A stretch of 64,000 bases of DNA from Spirochaetia bacterium (GTDB lineage Bacteria; Spirochaetota; Spirochaetia; UBA9216): contig OZ223265.1 of assembly GCA_965140585.1 (NCBI GenBank), forward strand, positions 288,001 to 352,000, written 5' to 3'. The position numbers and the translations under genes are program-made. The first letter of the stretch is position 1. Each line of letters opens with the position of its first letter. The notes below the pieces were generated by a model that was not told the DNA's origin, ran no database searches, and saw only the letters and a list, made by a program, of their open reading frames with translations. Of the stretch, positions 19,825-29,103 are shown piece after piece.

Positions 19825-21281
19825 ATCATCTTCCTTACATTTGAAAATACCCGTTTAAAACCTGCGAGAGCTTCATCAATTACCTCATCGGTATCCTCAG
19901 CATTCGTATACAGTCTGCTGCCTGCCAGTGTTATCAGTCCCTCCATGGTATAAGCGGCTCCGAAAAGCTCCATAGATGCCTTTCGGTCATGGGCATTCTT
20001 TATAGTATTTTTAATAGTCCAGAATTTTTTGATGTTTATATCAAGAAGCATGGCTGCACTGGTTTCTAGATGGCAGATCGCACCCTGGTTGAAGGCAACA
20101 AAGGGAAGCGCCAGCTCACTGATTATTTTCTGCAATCCTGCAGTCAGTCTGTCTGCGGCAGCTCCCGCCTTCTCGCAGGCCTTCTGCTCTTCCATCTCGC
20201 AGAGGGTGAAATACCCTGCGGCGGAACTTAGAGGGTTGGCGGCCATTGTTCCGCCAATGAGAGCCTTCTTCTGTCCCGTCTGGATTCCGGCTGCCAGAAA
20301 TTTCATGTATTCGCGCTTTCCGCCAAGCCCTCCTGCCGAAGGATAACCGCCCGCCACAACCTTTCCGAACACTGTCAAATCGGGGCTTACACCAAAATAC
20401 CCCTGAGCTCCGGACATTCCTATCCTGAAGGCGGTAACTACTTCATCAAAAACAAGAAGTGCACCGTACTTATCACAAAGTCTTCTGACACCCTCATTAA
20501 AATCACGGTCCAGCGGTCTGGTTCCGCTCTCGGGACCCATCGGTTCAATCAGTACAGCAGCGGTTCCACCCCGAAGCTGATTGCGCTTGAGGACTCTTTC
20601 GAGACTGCCCAGATCATTGGGATAAAACTCCTGGGTATTTTTAAAGATGTATCTCGGAACACCGTGGGCTTCGAAGTGCATGCTTCCCGGCAGACGTATT
20701 CCGTAGGCAAGTTGATCGCTCCAGCCGTGATAGGCTCCGCCCATTTTCACAATATTCTTTTTGCCGGTCGCAAGCCTTGCGACTCTTATTGCCGCCATAC
20801 ATGATTCAGTTCCGCTTCCAAGCATTCGAAACATTTCTACCGACGGAAAAAGCTGTGCAATCTTGTCGGCAAGCAGAAACTCGTATTCATGAAAGAGGCC
20901 GGTTGAAGGACCGCAGTCATTAAGCAGGCTGATAACCTTCTCACGCACTGATGGCATATTGCTTCCGAGGACTGTCGGTCCGCCGGCCTGCAGAAAATCG
21001 ATGTATTTATTTCCGTCGGTATCATAGAGGTAGGCGCCTTCGGCCTTTGTTATTACCAGCGGAAAGGGATGGTTGAATGCAAGGTTATGCTGAACTCCTC
21101 CGGGTATCCGCTGCTTTGCAGTCTCAATCATAGCCTTTGACCCGGAACATTTTTCTTCGAAATAGGAATCGATCTTTTTTGAGTATTCATCAGTGAATGC
21201 CGGCACCGGAAGCTTTACAAGCCTCTGCAGATCAGAAGTTACGGTTGCTGTATCAGGATATTCTGAAATAGAGAATGACAT
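19821..21281 (-). CDS. class III aminotransferase (GSA-aminomutase-like fold)
   Basis: SGTES, YHGWSD, FDEVVTAFR, DLTVFGKVVAGG, GGTMAANP. Confidence 0.88.
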   Translation of the reverse strand: MSFSISEYPDTATVTSDLQRLVKLPVPAFTDEYSKKIDSYFEEKCSGSKAMIETAKQRIPGGVQHNLAFNHPFPLVITKAEGAYLYDTDGNKYIDFLQAGGPTVLGSNMPSVREKVISLLNDCGPSTGLFHEYEFLLADKIAQLFPSVEMFRMLGSGTESCMAAIRVARLATGKKNIVKMGGAYHGWSDQLAYGIRLPGSMHFEAHGVPRYIFKNTQEFYPNDLGSLERVLKRNQLRGGTAAVLIEPMGPESGTRPLDRDFNEGVRRLCDKYGALLVFDEVVTAFRIGMSGAQGYFGVSPDLTVFGKVVAGGYPSAGGLGGKREYMKFLAAGIQTGQKKALIGGTMAANPLSSAAGYFTLCEMEEQKACEKAGAAADRLTAGLQKIISELALPFVAFNQGAICHLETSAAMLLDINIKKFWTIKNTIKNAHDRKASMELFGAAYTMEGLITLAGSRLYTNAEDTDEVIDEALAGFKRVFSNVRKMI

Positions 21282-21304
21282 AATGTCCCCCTGTAGATTT
21301 TAAA

Positions 21305-21328
21305 AAAAGTGAGCAGCCACTCACTTTT
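21305..21328. promoter_or_regulatory. putative TetR operator for the aminotransferase operon
   Basis: Inverted repeat AAAAGTGAG-cagcca-CTCACTTTT about 25 bp upstream of the aminotransferase start. Confidence 0.7.
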
Positions 21329-21380
21329 CAAGTTTACCACGTCTCCACAGAAAGTCAATTATTCTTATGCTGTAACAGGG

Positions 21381-22022
21381 CTATTTAAGTGCATTTTTAA
21401 TGAAATTCATCATGCCGGCAACAACACGCTCATCATCATCGAAGATATTTTCATCAACATATATCTTCATGCGCTCCTTCCAGTACTCCGAAGCGTATGA
21501 AAACTGAAGAGCCATGAACAGGTTATCCATACAGAATGCAGACATGCCGGCATCACCACCCGGCTTCAGCTCACCGGATTCGACAGCCTCACTGATAAGC
21601 CTGCGGTAGTATTCGGCTGAAACCGATTCCATCTGGTATGAAAGTTTTGAGGCAAGCTCACTGTTGCCCTCTGTGGTTATTTCTATATAAAGGTTAATAA
21701 GTTCGCTGTATCTCCGGGAATGGGAAAGAATTGTACGAATTACATTTTCAACTTTTTCAAATATTCCGCCGCCGCCCTCTTCCACAGCCTGAAGACTCTC
21801 AGAAAGCTGACGGACCGCATCCATACAGACTGTAAGAAAAAGATTCTCCTTAGTTGTGAAATACTTATAAAGAGCCCCGACACTTACACCGCATTTATCT
21901 GCGATGATATTAATATTAGCAGCCTGATATCCGAAAACTGAAAATTCGGCGGCTGCAGTGGTCAGAATCCGGTTTTTCTTTTCGTTGGATAGTTTCTCAA
22001 ATACTCTGGTATGGTAAATCAT
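21381..22022 (-). CDS. TetR/AcrR family transcriptional regulator
   Basis: AAAEFSVFGYQAANINIIADKCGVSVGALYKYFTTKE HTH. Confidence 0.92.
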   Translation of the reverse strand: MIYHTRVFEKLSNEKKNRILTTAAAEFSVFGYQAANINIIADKCGVSVGALYKYFTTKENLFLTVCMDAVRQLSESLQAVEEGGGGIFEKVENVIRTILSHSRRYSELINLYIEITTEGNSELASKLSYQMESVSAEYYRRLISEAVESGELKPGGDAGMSAFCMDNLFMALQFSYASEYWKERMKIYVDENIFDDDERVVAGMMNFIKNALK

Positions 22023-22080
22023 CGGTATAACTGTATCATATTTGTTTTGAATGATGAATAAAATCGGTTATTATTGACTC

Positions 22081-23373
22081 ATGGAAAGAAAAAAAACAGC
22101 CTGGGAGGAAGCCGACAAAGACCAGAAACTAAGTTATTCAGGATTCATGATTCATGGAATTTTTCTTGCACTTGCGGTTACCTTCACTGAAATCAACACA
22201 GTTCTTCCGGCCATGGTAGTACAGGCCGGTGGTGCGGCAATCCATATAGGAATACTGTCTACTATAATGACCGGACTGCCACTGGTTTCCCAGCTGATGT
22301 TCTCACCGTTCCTGCAATCAAGGAAGAGAAAGAAACCATTTCTGCTGGGTGGAATATACGCCAGGATGATTTCATTCTATCTGATAGGATTTCTGCTTCT
22401 TAACTCGGGACTTTTCAATAAAGCACTGGTGCTGCTGCTTATCTATGCGGGGCTGATTGTCTTTACGCTCAGCGGGGCCTTTGCCGGCATCACCTATGTA
22501 ACCCTTATAGGTACAACAATTCCCGACAGCCTGCGGAAGCGCTTTTTTCTGAACAAGCAGGTATTCTGGAGTATAGGAGTATTTATCTCGGGGATTCTGA
22601 CCCGTTTTATAATCTCGGCTGAAAAGGGGCTTGAACGCTACGGCTTTCTTTTTCTGGCAGCGGCATCAATGCTTGCAGCAGGTTCCATAGGCTTCTGGCT
22701 GATCCGCGAGAAAAAGGATACAGGCGCCGCAAAAGAGGGAATACTTAAAGTTCTCGGCTCTATGCGGGAAATCCTCAAAACCGATCACACCTTCAGAAAC
22801 TACACAATTACTGCAAACCTGCTCTCCTCGGCTATCGTTATGATTCCCTTCTATATTCCGTCCTTCATGAAGGAGTACAAAATAAGCGGAGACTTCATTG
22901 GGGTTATAGTCCTGCTTCAGATAGGCGGAATGGTTATTTCCAACCTGATCTGGCCTTCGGCAGTGAGGAAGGCAGGATTCAAGGGGATGCTTAGAATTCA
23001 GTCTATTATGGGATTTGCCCTTCCTGTGGCCGCAGCCGTGATGACAGCAGTCGGGGCAGGACGGGTTACAATGTTTATTATCATACCTCTGCTCGGTGCC
23101 CTTGCCGGCGCACAGAAGATGTCGTCGGAAGCAGTTCTTGTTCAGATTAGCCCTGACGGAAAACGGGCACTGTATTCAGGAATTTACGGGGCGCTTAATC
23201 TGACGGCAGCGCTTTTCCCGCTGCTTCTAGCCCCGGCGTTAACCTTCTTCGGCTGGAAGGCTGTATTTCCAGCCGCGGCACTGCTGCCCCTTGCAGCGCT
23301 TCTGTCAATCAGAAAGATGATATGCCCCGTTGACCCGGAATGGCGGCAGACACATCCGGCCGGTGAGCTTTAA
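22081..23373 (+). CDS. MFS transporter
   Basis: About 12 hydrophobic segments in two halves; TVLPAMV and RKRKKPFLL patterns. Confidence 0.8.
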   Translation: MERKKTAWEEADKDQKLSYSGFMIHGIFLALAVTFTEINTVLPAMVVQAGGAAIHIGILSTIMTGLPLVSQLMFSPFLQSRKRKKPFLLGGIYARMISFYLIGFLLLNSGLFNKALVLLLIYAGLIVFTLSGAFAGITYVTLIGTTIPDSLRKRFFLNKQVFWSIGVFISGILTRFIISAEKGLERYGFLFLAAASMLAAGSIGFWLIREKKDTGAAKEGILKVLGSMREILKTDHTFRNYTITANLLSSAIVMIPFYIPSFMKEYKISGDFIGVIVLLQIGGMVISNLIWPSAVRKAGFKGMLRIQSIMGFALPVAAAVMTAVGAGRVTMFIIIPLLGALAGAQKMSSEAVLVQISPDGKRALYSGIYGALNLTAALFPLLLAPALTFFGWKAVFPAAALLPLAALLSIRKMICPVDPEWRQTHPAGEL

Positions 23374-23392
23374 TCCGGCCGAACCGTTTATC

Positions 23393-23551
23393 CTAATCCA
23401 GCGGGTCGAACATATCCTTAGAGGTATAGCAGAGCGGGCATACCCAGCTGTCGGGAAGATCATCAAATGCTGTTCCCGGAGGAATATTTCCCATCGGGTC
23501 TCCAACCTCGGGGTCATAGATATATCCGCAATTTACACATATATATTTCAT
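23393..23551 (-). CDS. rubredoxin (52 aa)
   Basis: Manual translation [52 protein letters not shown] with two CxxC motifs; GGAG RBS; below the ORF-track size cutoff. Confidence 0.95.
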   Translation of the reverse strand: MKYICVNCGYIYDPEVGDPMGNIPPGTAFDDLPDSWVCPLCYTSKDMFDPLD

Positions 23552-23581
23552 CAAATAATCTCCCTGCCTCTTTCGGGCACA

Positions 23582-26029
23582 TTATACCGCAAAATACTTG
23601 GCCTGCGGATGGTGGGCAACAAGGGCTGAAGTACTCTGCTCCGGAACCATCTCGTAATTCTCAGTCAGGCTTATACCGATTCTTTCAGGTTTTATAAGTT
23701 CAAATACTATCTCATGGGCACTGAGGTCCGGACATGAGGGGTAGCCGAAGCCGTATCTTGAGCCCTGATACTGCTGGGTAACATAGCCGTGGATATTCTC
23801 AGGCTCATCAAGGGCAATTCCAAGCTCCTTCCTCATCTGCTTATGCCAGTATTCAGCAAGGGCATCAGTCACCTCTACACTGAAGGCATGAAGCATCAGG
23901 TAATCATGATATTCATTTGCCTCATAGAGTTCGGCTGTGCGCTTTGAAACCTCCGGTCCTATTGTTACAACAAAGAGGCCTGCGACATCGCCGCCTTCTT
24001 CCGCATTTTTGTAGTAATCCGAAAGGCAGAGAAAGGGAGCCTCCGACTGTCTTGGAAAATCAAAGTTGTATTCCTTTCCTGAATCCTTAAGCACCAGAAG
24101 GTTGTCTCTGCTTTCACAGTCAAACCAGCCCCAGGCGGCAGCCGGACGGACAAGCCTCCCTTCCACAAATTCCTTCCTGAAGGATTCATAGAGGGGTTCA
24201 ACCTTTGTCTTTATAAGTTCATCATATTCTGAGGCGCTCATCTTACCCCGGCGGTAGCCCCAGCGGCCGCGGAAAAGCGCCTGCTTGTTAACAAGAGTCA
24301 GGACCTCTTCAAGATCGATATCCTCTGTCACCCTGCCGCCCTTAAACGGAGGTTCGGGTACCGGGTTGTCGCGGACTATGGTCATATCCTTTCTGCCGGG
24401 TTTTACCGATACGGCATCAGGATTTGCTTCCCAGGTGGTGGCTTCAAGTGTTCCCGCTTCAAATTCCCGCACATGCTTCAGGCCGTCAAAGGCATCTGAA
24501 TTATAAACGACCGGGCCAGGATAAACCGGAACACAGCTCTCGGATACAAATTTCCTTGTAAGAGCCGCACCGCCGAGAAAGATTGGAATCTTGAGCCCGG
24601 CCTCAGCATACTGCTCCATACTGTCTTTCATTACCATCGCCGATTTTACAAGAAGGCCTGAAAGTCCGATTATATCTACATCAAACTCCTTAGCCTTTTC
24701 AATTATCGTCTCAGCCGGGACCTTGATTCCTATATTGTAAACTGTGTAGCCGTTGTTACTTAGAATAATCTCTACCAGGTTTTTCCCGATATCGTGAACA
24801 TCGCCCTGAACTGTCGCAAGCAAAATCTTTACAGCAGCTCCGTCATCCTTCTTCTCCATCAGAGGTTCAAGGTAGCTGACCGAAGCCTTCATAGTTTCTG
24901 CCGACTGCAGAACAAACGGCAGAAGTAGCTCGCCCTTTCCGAAAAGCTCTCCGACATGCCGCATTGCGGGTATCAGGATTTCATTGATGATTCCAATCGG
25001 TGAACGCCGCTGAAGAAGCATATCAAGAATGTCTTCGAGATCCTCCCTGCTTCCGTCGACAATATGATCGTAGAGCTGCTGTTCGGCAGGTTTCCAGGTC
25101 TGATCGTCGCTTTCGTCGCTGTCGCTTCTGTTTCCGAAGTGATCAATAAAGGTCAGAAGCGGAGACTTTGTCTCATCCTTTACCCTGTCATACAGAAGAT
25201 CCAGACAGATTTCCCGGTCCTCTTCGGAAATGGATGCAAGCGGGATGATCTTTGCCGCGTCGATAATGCAGGCATCAAGCCCGGCTTCAAGCGCCTCATG
25301 CAGAAATACAGCATTAAGAATCTTCCTTGATTTCGGAGAAAGCCCGAAGCTGATATTGCTAAGTCCGAGCACGGTGAGACAGCCGGGAAGCTGCTGCTTT
25401 ATCAGCTTCATTGCATCGAGAGTCTGAACCGCTGCATCCCGGAGGTTCTCATCGCCCGCACCTACCGTAAAAGTCAATGGATCAAAGAGGATATCCTGCG
25501 GACGCAGGCCATGCTCATCGACAGCAATGCTGTGGATCCGCTTCGCAACTTCCAGTTTTTTTTCCGCGGTCATTGCCATTCCATCCTCATCGATGGTAAG
25601 GGCAACAACGGCAGCTCCGTATTTCTTGACAAGCGGAAGCACGCGGTGAATGTTCTTTCCGCCGTCCTCAAGGTTTACTGAATTTATTATACTGCGTCCG
25701 GGATAAATCTTAAGCGAATGCTCAATCACCTCGGGCGTAGTTGAGTCAATCATGAGCGGGGTCTTCAGCGATGTCGAGAACATTGGAATAAGTGTACTCA
25801 TGTCGGCAAACTCATCACGCCCGGCATAGGCGGTACAGAGGTCAAGCACATGAGCCCCCGCACTCTGCTGCTCCTTGGCTATGGTCAGACATGAGTTCCA
25901 GTCATCGTCCAGAAGGCATTCGCGGAAACGTTTGGAACCGTTTGAATTGCAACGCTCGCCGATTATCAGAGGCTTTATCGGCTGAATGAGATCAACACTT
26001 TCATAAAGACTTGCTACAGAAGGTTTCAT
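23582..26029 (-). CDS. metH: B12-dependent methionine synthase: pterin-binding, cobalamin-binding and activation domains
   Basis: IIGERCNSNGS, ATVQGDVHDIGKN, SGLL, GSRYGFGYPSCPD, PEQSTSA. Confidence 0.93.
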   Translation of the reverse strand: MKPSVASLYESVDLIQPIKPLIIGERCNSNGSKRFRECLLDDDWNSCLTIAKEQQSAGAHVLDLCTAYAGRDEFADMSTLIPMFSTSLKTPLMIDSTTPEVIEHSLKIYPGRSIINSVNLEDGGKNIHRVLPLVKKYGAAVVALTIDEDGMAMTAEKKLEVAKRIHSIAVDEHGLRPQDILFDPLTFTVGAGDENLRDAAVQTLDAMKLIKQQLPGCLTVLGLSNISFGLSPKSRKILNAVFLHEALEAGLDACIIDAAKIIPLASISEEDREICLDLLYDRVKDETKSPLLTFIDHFGNRSDSDESDDQTWKPAEQQLYDHIVDGSREDLEDILDMLLQRRSPIGIINEILIPAMRHVGELFGKGELLLPFVLQSAETMKASVSYLEPLMEKKDDGAAVKILLATVQGDVHDIGKNLVEIILSNNGYTVYNIGIKVPAETIIEKAKEFDVDIIGLSGLLVKSAMVMKDSMEQYAEAGLKIPIFLGGAALTRKFVSESCVPVYPGPVVYNSDAFDGLKHVREFEAGTLEATTWEANPDAVSVKPGRKDMTIVRDNPVPEPPFKGGRVTEDIDLEEVLTLVNKQALFRGRWGYRRGKMSASEYDELIKTKVEPLYESFRKEFVEGRLVRPAAAWGWFDCESRDNLLVLKDSGKEYNFDFPRQSEAPFLCLSDYYKNAEEGGDVAGLFVVTIGPEVSKRTAELYEANEYHDYLMLHAFSVEVTDALAEYWHKQMRKELGIALDEPENIHGYVTQQYQGSRYGFGYPSCPDLSAHEIVFELIKPERIGISLTENYEMVPEQSTSALVAHHPQAKYFAV

Positions 26030-26946
26030 GCCTCTACCTCTCTCTTTGCCGGATTCATACCGCTGACAGCCTGCTTAAGCGCAGCAATATGGGCAGGTGT
26101 TGATCCGCAGCATCCACCTACAACCGAAACACCCAGATCTTTTACAAAATGCCCGAGTTCTCCCGAATAATGTTCAGGACTCATCGGGTAGCAGGTCTTT
26201 CCGTCGACTATTTCAGGTATTCCCTGGTTGGGCAGACAGGAAATCCGGCCTCCCCAGTTATGGCTGAGCCATTTGATGCTTGAGACCATATCTTCCGGCC
26301 CGGTTGCACAGTTAAGTCCGAAGGCAAAGACAGGAAATGGCTCAATGATTGCCGCAGCTGCTGAAATATCGGTTCCTGCAAGCATTGTACCGGTTTTCTC
26401 TATCGTAACAGATACAACTACAGGAAGATCTTTCGATTTTTCCTTCATCACATCAAAGGTTGTTACAAGCAGTGTTTTCAGCTGAAGGATATCCTGTGCC
26501 GTTTCGAGCATAAACATATCCACTCCGGCATCAATAAGCGCCGCAATCTGCTCACGGTAGGAGGCTTCAAGTTCCTCCACGGTGATATGCCCCAATGTCG
26601 GCATCTTTGTACCCGGGCCTATGGAGCCGGCAATAATACCGCTGCCGTGTTCATCAACCGCAGCCCTTGCAGCCTTCACTGCCGCTGCATTTATCTCTTC
26701 CACTCGGCTTTCAAGTCCGTATTCGGCAAGGACTATCCTGTTCGCACCGAAGGTATTAGTCTCTATTATGTCCGCACCGGCTTCCAGAAACTCCAGATGC
26801 ATCCCGGTTATCTTTTCGGGCACCGTTAAGTTAAGATACTCGTTGCAGCCTTCGTTGCCGTCCCAGACTTCATCACCAAGTTCCATATTCTGTATGCTTG
26901 TGCCGCAAGCACCGTCAAAAATCAATATTTCTTTGTTAAAATTCAT
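26026..26946 (-). CDS. metH: methionine synthase homocysteine-binding domain (separate gene)
   Basis: FDGACGT, ETNTFGAN, GLNCATGP and GGCCG Zn ligands; start reassigned to ATG 26946. Confidence 0.9.
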   Translation of the reverse strand: MNFNKEILIFDGACGTSIQNMELGDEVWDGNEGCNEYLNLTVPEKITGMHLEFLEAGADIIETNTFGANRIVLAEYGLESRVEEINAAAVKAARAAVDEHGSGIIAGSIGPGTKMPTLGHITVEELEASYREQIAALIDAGVDMFMLETAQDILQLKTLLVTTFDVMKEKSKDLPVVVSVTIEKTGTMLAGTDISAAAAIIEPFPVFAFGLNCATGPEDMVSSIKWLSHNWGGRISCLPNQGIPEIVDGKTCYPMSPEHYSGELGHFVKDLGVSVVGGCCGSTPAHIAALKQAVSGMNPAKREVEA

Positions 26947-27094
26947 GATAAAGAAAGTATAATAGATATTTGCGTTTGAGTCTAAACTTTGGGCATAGAT
27001 TTTATCCTTATATATATTTTTTTTCATATATAAGGATTGACTTTTTCAGACTGCCTAATTATTTTATTAATGTAATTTACAGGAGGATAATAAT

Positions 27095-27325
27095 ATGGCA
27101 GTAACAATGTACACTACACCGACTTGCACATACTGCAGACTGGCAAAGGACTACTTCAGGCAGCATAAGATTAACTTCACAGAATACAATGTAGCCGCTG
27201 ACACCCGCCGTGCAGAAGAAATGACCAGAAAATCAGGACAGATGGGAGTTCCGGTTCTCGATATAAACGGAAGAATCCTTGTCGGATTCAACAAGGACCA
27301 GATCGAAAGAGCTCTGCATAGATAA
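27095..27325 (+). CDS. glutaredoxin-like protein (NrdH/YruB type)
   Basis: YTTPTCTYC, GQMGVPV, VGFN; AGGAGG RBS. Confidence 0.92.
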   Translation: MAVTMYTTPTCTYCRLAKDYFRQHKINFTEYNVAADTRRAEEMTRKSGQMGVPVLDINGRILVGFNKDQIERALHR

Positions 27326-27766
27326 TCAGTATTTCTCAGGGTCTTCGACAACAAAAATCTTTTCATACCTCCCCGAATGCGCGGGAGGTTCCCTTTCCGG
27401 AAGATAAACACAGGAATAATGATAAATTAAATCAAGCATGTCATTCATGGTTTCTATGATAGTGTATCTGTAATAGCAGGTCTTGTTCAGAAGAACCTCC
27501 CTGCGTGCTGGGTCAGGAACAGCATCCGGCTCGGTTGAGCGTCTTATCTCGGCTCTCAGACCTCCATACCAGACTCTTTCCATGTAAAAACGCTGAAGCT
27601 CACTGTTGTCAAGTTCGTAGAAAAGTTCGAAGATCCCCGGTCTGGCCGGAACCTTTGAGGTGATAACGTAGGGATTCACTTTTTCATAATCAGACCACCT
27701 TACCGCGTATTTAACGTTCGGCGGGATAATTTTCTTTGTGGTTACGTTATCGGTATTATAATTCAT
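27326..27766 (-). CDS. hypothetical protein (weak GIY-YIG-like pattern)
   Basis: 146-aa ORF coupled to the patatin gene by ATGA overlap; VPARPGIFELFY...LRAEIR. Confidence 0.6.
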   Translation of the reverse strand: MNYNTDNVTTKKIIPPNVKYAVRWSDYEKVNPYVITSKVPARPGIFELFYELDNSELQRFYMERVWYGGLRAEIRRSTEPDAVPDPARREVLLNKTCYYRYTIIETMNDMLDLIYHYSCVYLPEREPPAHSGRYEKIFVVEDPEKY

Positions 27767-29043
27767 TCAAGCAGTTTCCCCAGACTGTAATAACTTTCCG
27801 CATAAAGCCCGGAAGGTTCAGCCGGTCTGTAAGGATTATATCCCGAATTAAGTCTCAGGTACACTGCAAATTCAAACTGCTTAATCTGGAAAATACTTCC
27901 GATGTATCTTGAAATAATCCTGTCAAACAGGGATACCTGCGAATAGAACGGACTGTTATCTATGCCGGCAAGTTCCGCACTGTATTCAATAAGAGCGGCG
28001 GACGGTGTCTTCAGGTCCTCTTCAAATGGAAGGTTCTCATAAAGCACAGAAAAAATCTTTTCATCATAGAAAACAGCAGGATCATCAATTGAGGTAAAAA
28101 GCATTCCAAGAAGTTCAGCCGCCTCGGCCTGTTTCTCATATGGAAGGCTTATAAACATATCCCTGAAAATATCTTCACAGTCGGCAAACAGGTAATTCCG
28201 CCCGCATATAGCACCCAGGGCCTTCAGGGTATCCAGATATCCAAGCTTCATTGCCTTCACGGCGTTTTCAGGCTCAAAGTCAAGAAACCCTCCGATATCT
28301 CCGCTAGGACTTATAACAACGGGATCAAAATCATAATCACTGTAGTTTGAATAATAATCAGCAAAATCACCGGGGGTTATCAGTTCAAGCACAACGATAA
28401 TGACATCTCTGTAGCCCCTGTCAGCTGCAAGCTTAACAGGTATATTGTTTGCAACCCCGCCGTCAATAAAAACCTTGCCGTTTATCGTCTTTCGCTGAAA
28501 CAGCGGAAAATTAGCGCTTGCAGCTATGTAATCGGCAAGCTGCCCCTCCGGAATATCTTCAATAAAGAGACTTTCCTCTTCCATATCTGTGAGATTATAA
28601 GTCAAAAGCCCGAAATCAATATCAGAATTTCTCACCTTCTGTTCATCAACAAACCTGGAAAGAGTTTCTGAAAGCGGTGAAGCATCAAGACCTTCCTCGT
28701 TATATGCAAGTCGGGATGCACGCATCAGCTGTCTCAGATTAAATTCCCCCTCAAGAACGTCCTCCTGTGAAGTACTGAGATCTATGACATCTGATTTCTT
28801 AAGCTTAAGCCACATATTATAGGCCAGTTTATAATCATGCATGGCTACTGCAGCAGAGTTTATCGTTCCGACGGAACATCCATAGGCAGCACTTATATCA
28901 ACATCCAGGTCGGTAAGAGCCTTCCATACACCAATCTGATAGGCTCCCATAGCTCCCCCGCCTGAAAGAACGAGAGCTGTGTCTGAAAATGCCGGGAAAT
29001 TGCCTGCAAGCAGAATCACTATTAAAAAGTATAACTTTCGCAC
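27763..29043 (-). CDS. exported patatin-like phospholipase
   Basis: Signal peptide from GTG 29043; LSGGGAMG, GCSVG and DGG motifs. Confidence 0.88.
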   Translation of the reverse strand: MRKLYFLIVILLAGNFPAFSDTALVLSGGGAMGAYQIGVWKALTDLDVDISAAYGCSVGTINSAAVAMHDYKLAYNMWLKLKKSDVIDLSTSQEDVLEGEFNLRQLMRASRLAYNEEGLDASPLSETLSRFVDEQKVRNSDIDFGLLTYNLTDMEEESLFIEDIPEGQLADYIAASANFPLFQRKTINGKVFIDGGVANNIPVKLAADRGYRDVIIVVLELITPGDFADYYSNYSDYDFDPVVISPSGDIGGFLDFEPENAVKAMKLGYLDTLKALGAICGRNYLFADCEDIFRDMFISLPYEKQAEAAELLGMLFTSIDDPAVFYDEKIFSVLYENLPFEEDLKTPSAALIEYSAELAGIDNSPFYSQVSLFDRIISRYIGSIFQIKQFEFAVYLRLNSGYNPYRPAEPSGLYAESYYSLGKLLE

Positions 29044-29103
29044 AGAAGTAAAATACAACAATTTAGACTTAATATCAATTTCAACCTCTGATATACTTAA
29101 GCC

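Noticed and set aside
23305-23697. Three short ORF-track calls around the rubredoxin
   Set aside because: Alternative frames; the real gene is the 52-aa rubredoxin at 23393-23551.
26947-27094. SAM or cobalamin riboswitch upstream of metH
   Set aside because: The gap is short and AT-rich with only promoter-like elements; no riboswitch core or stems were seen.
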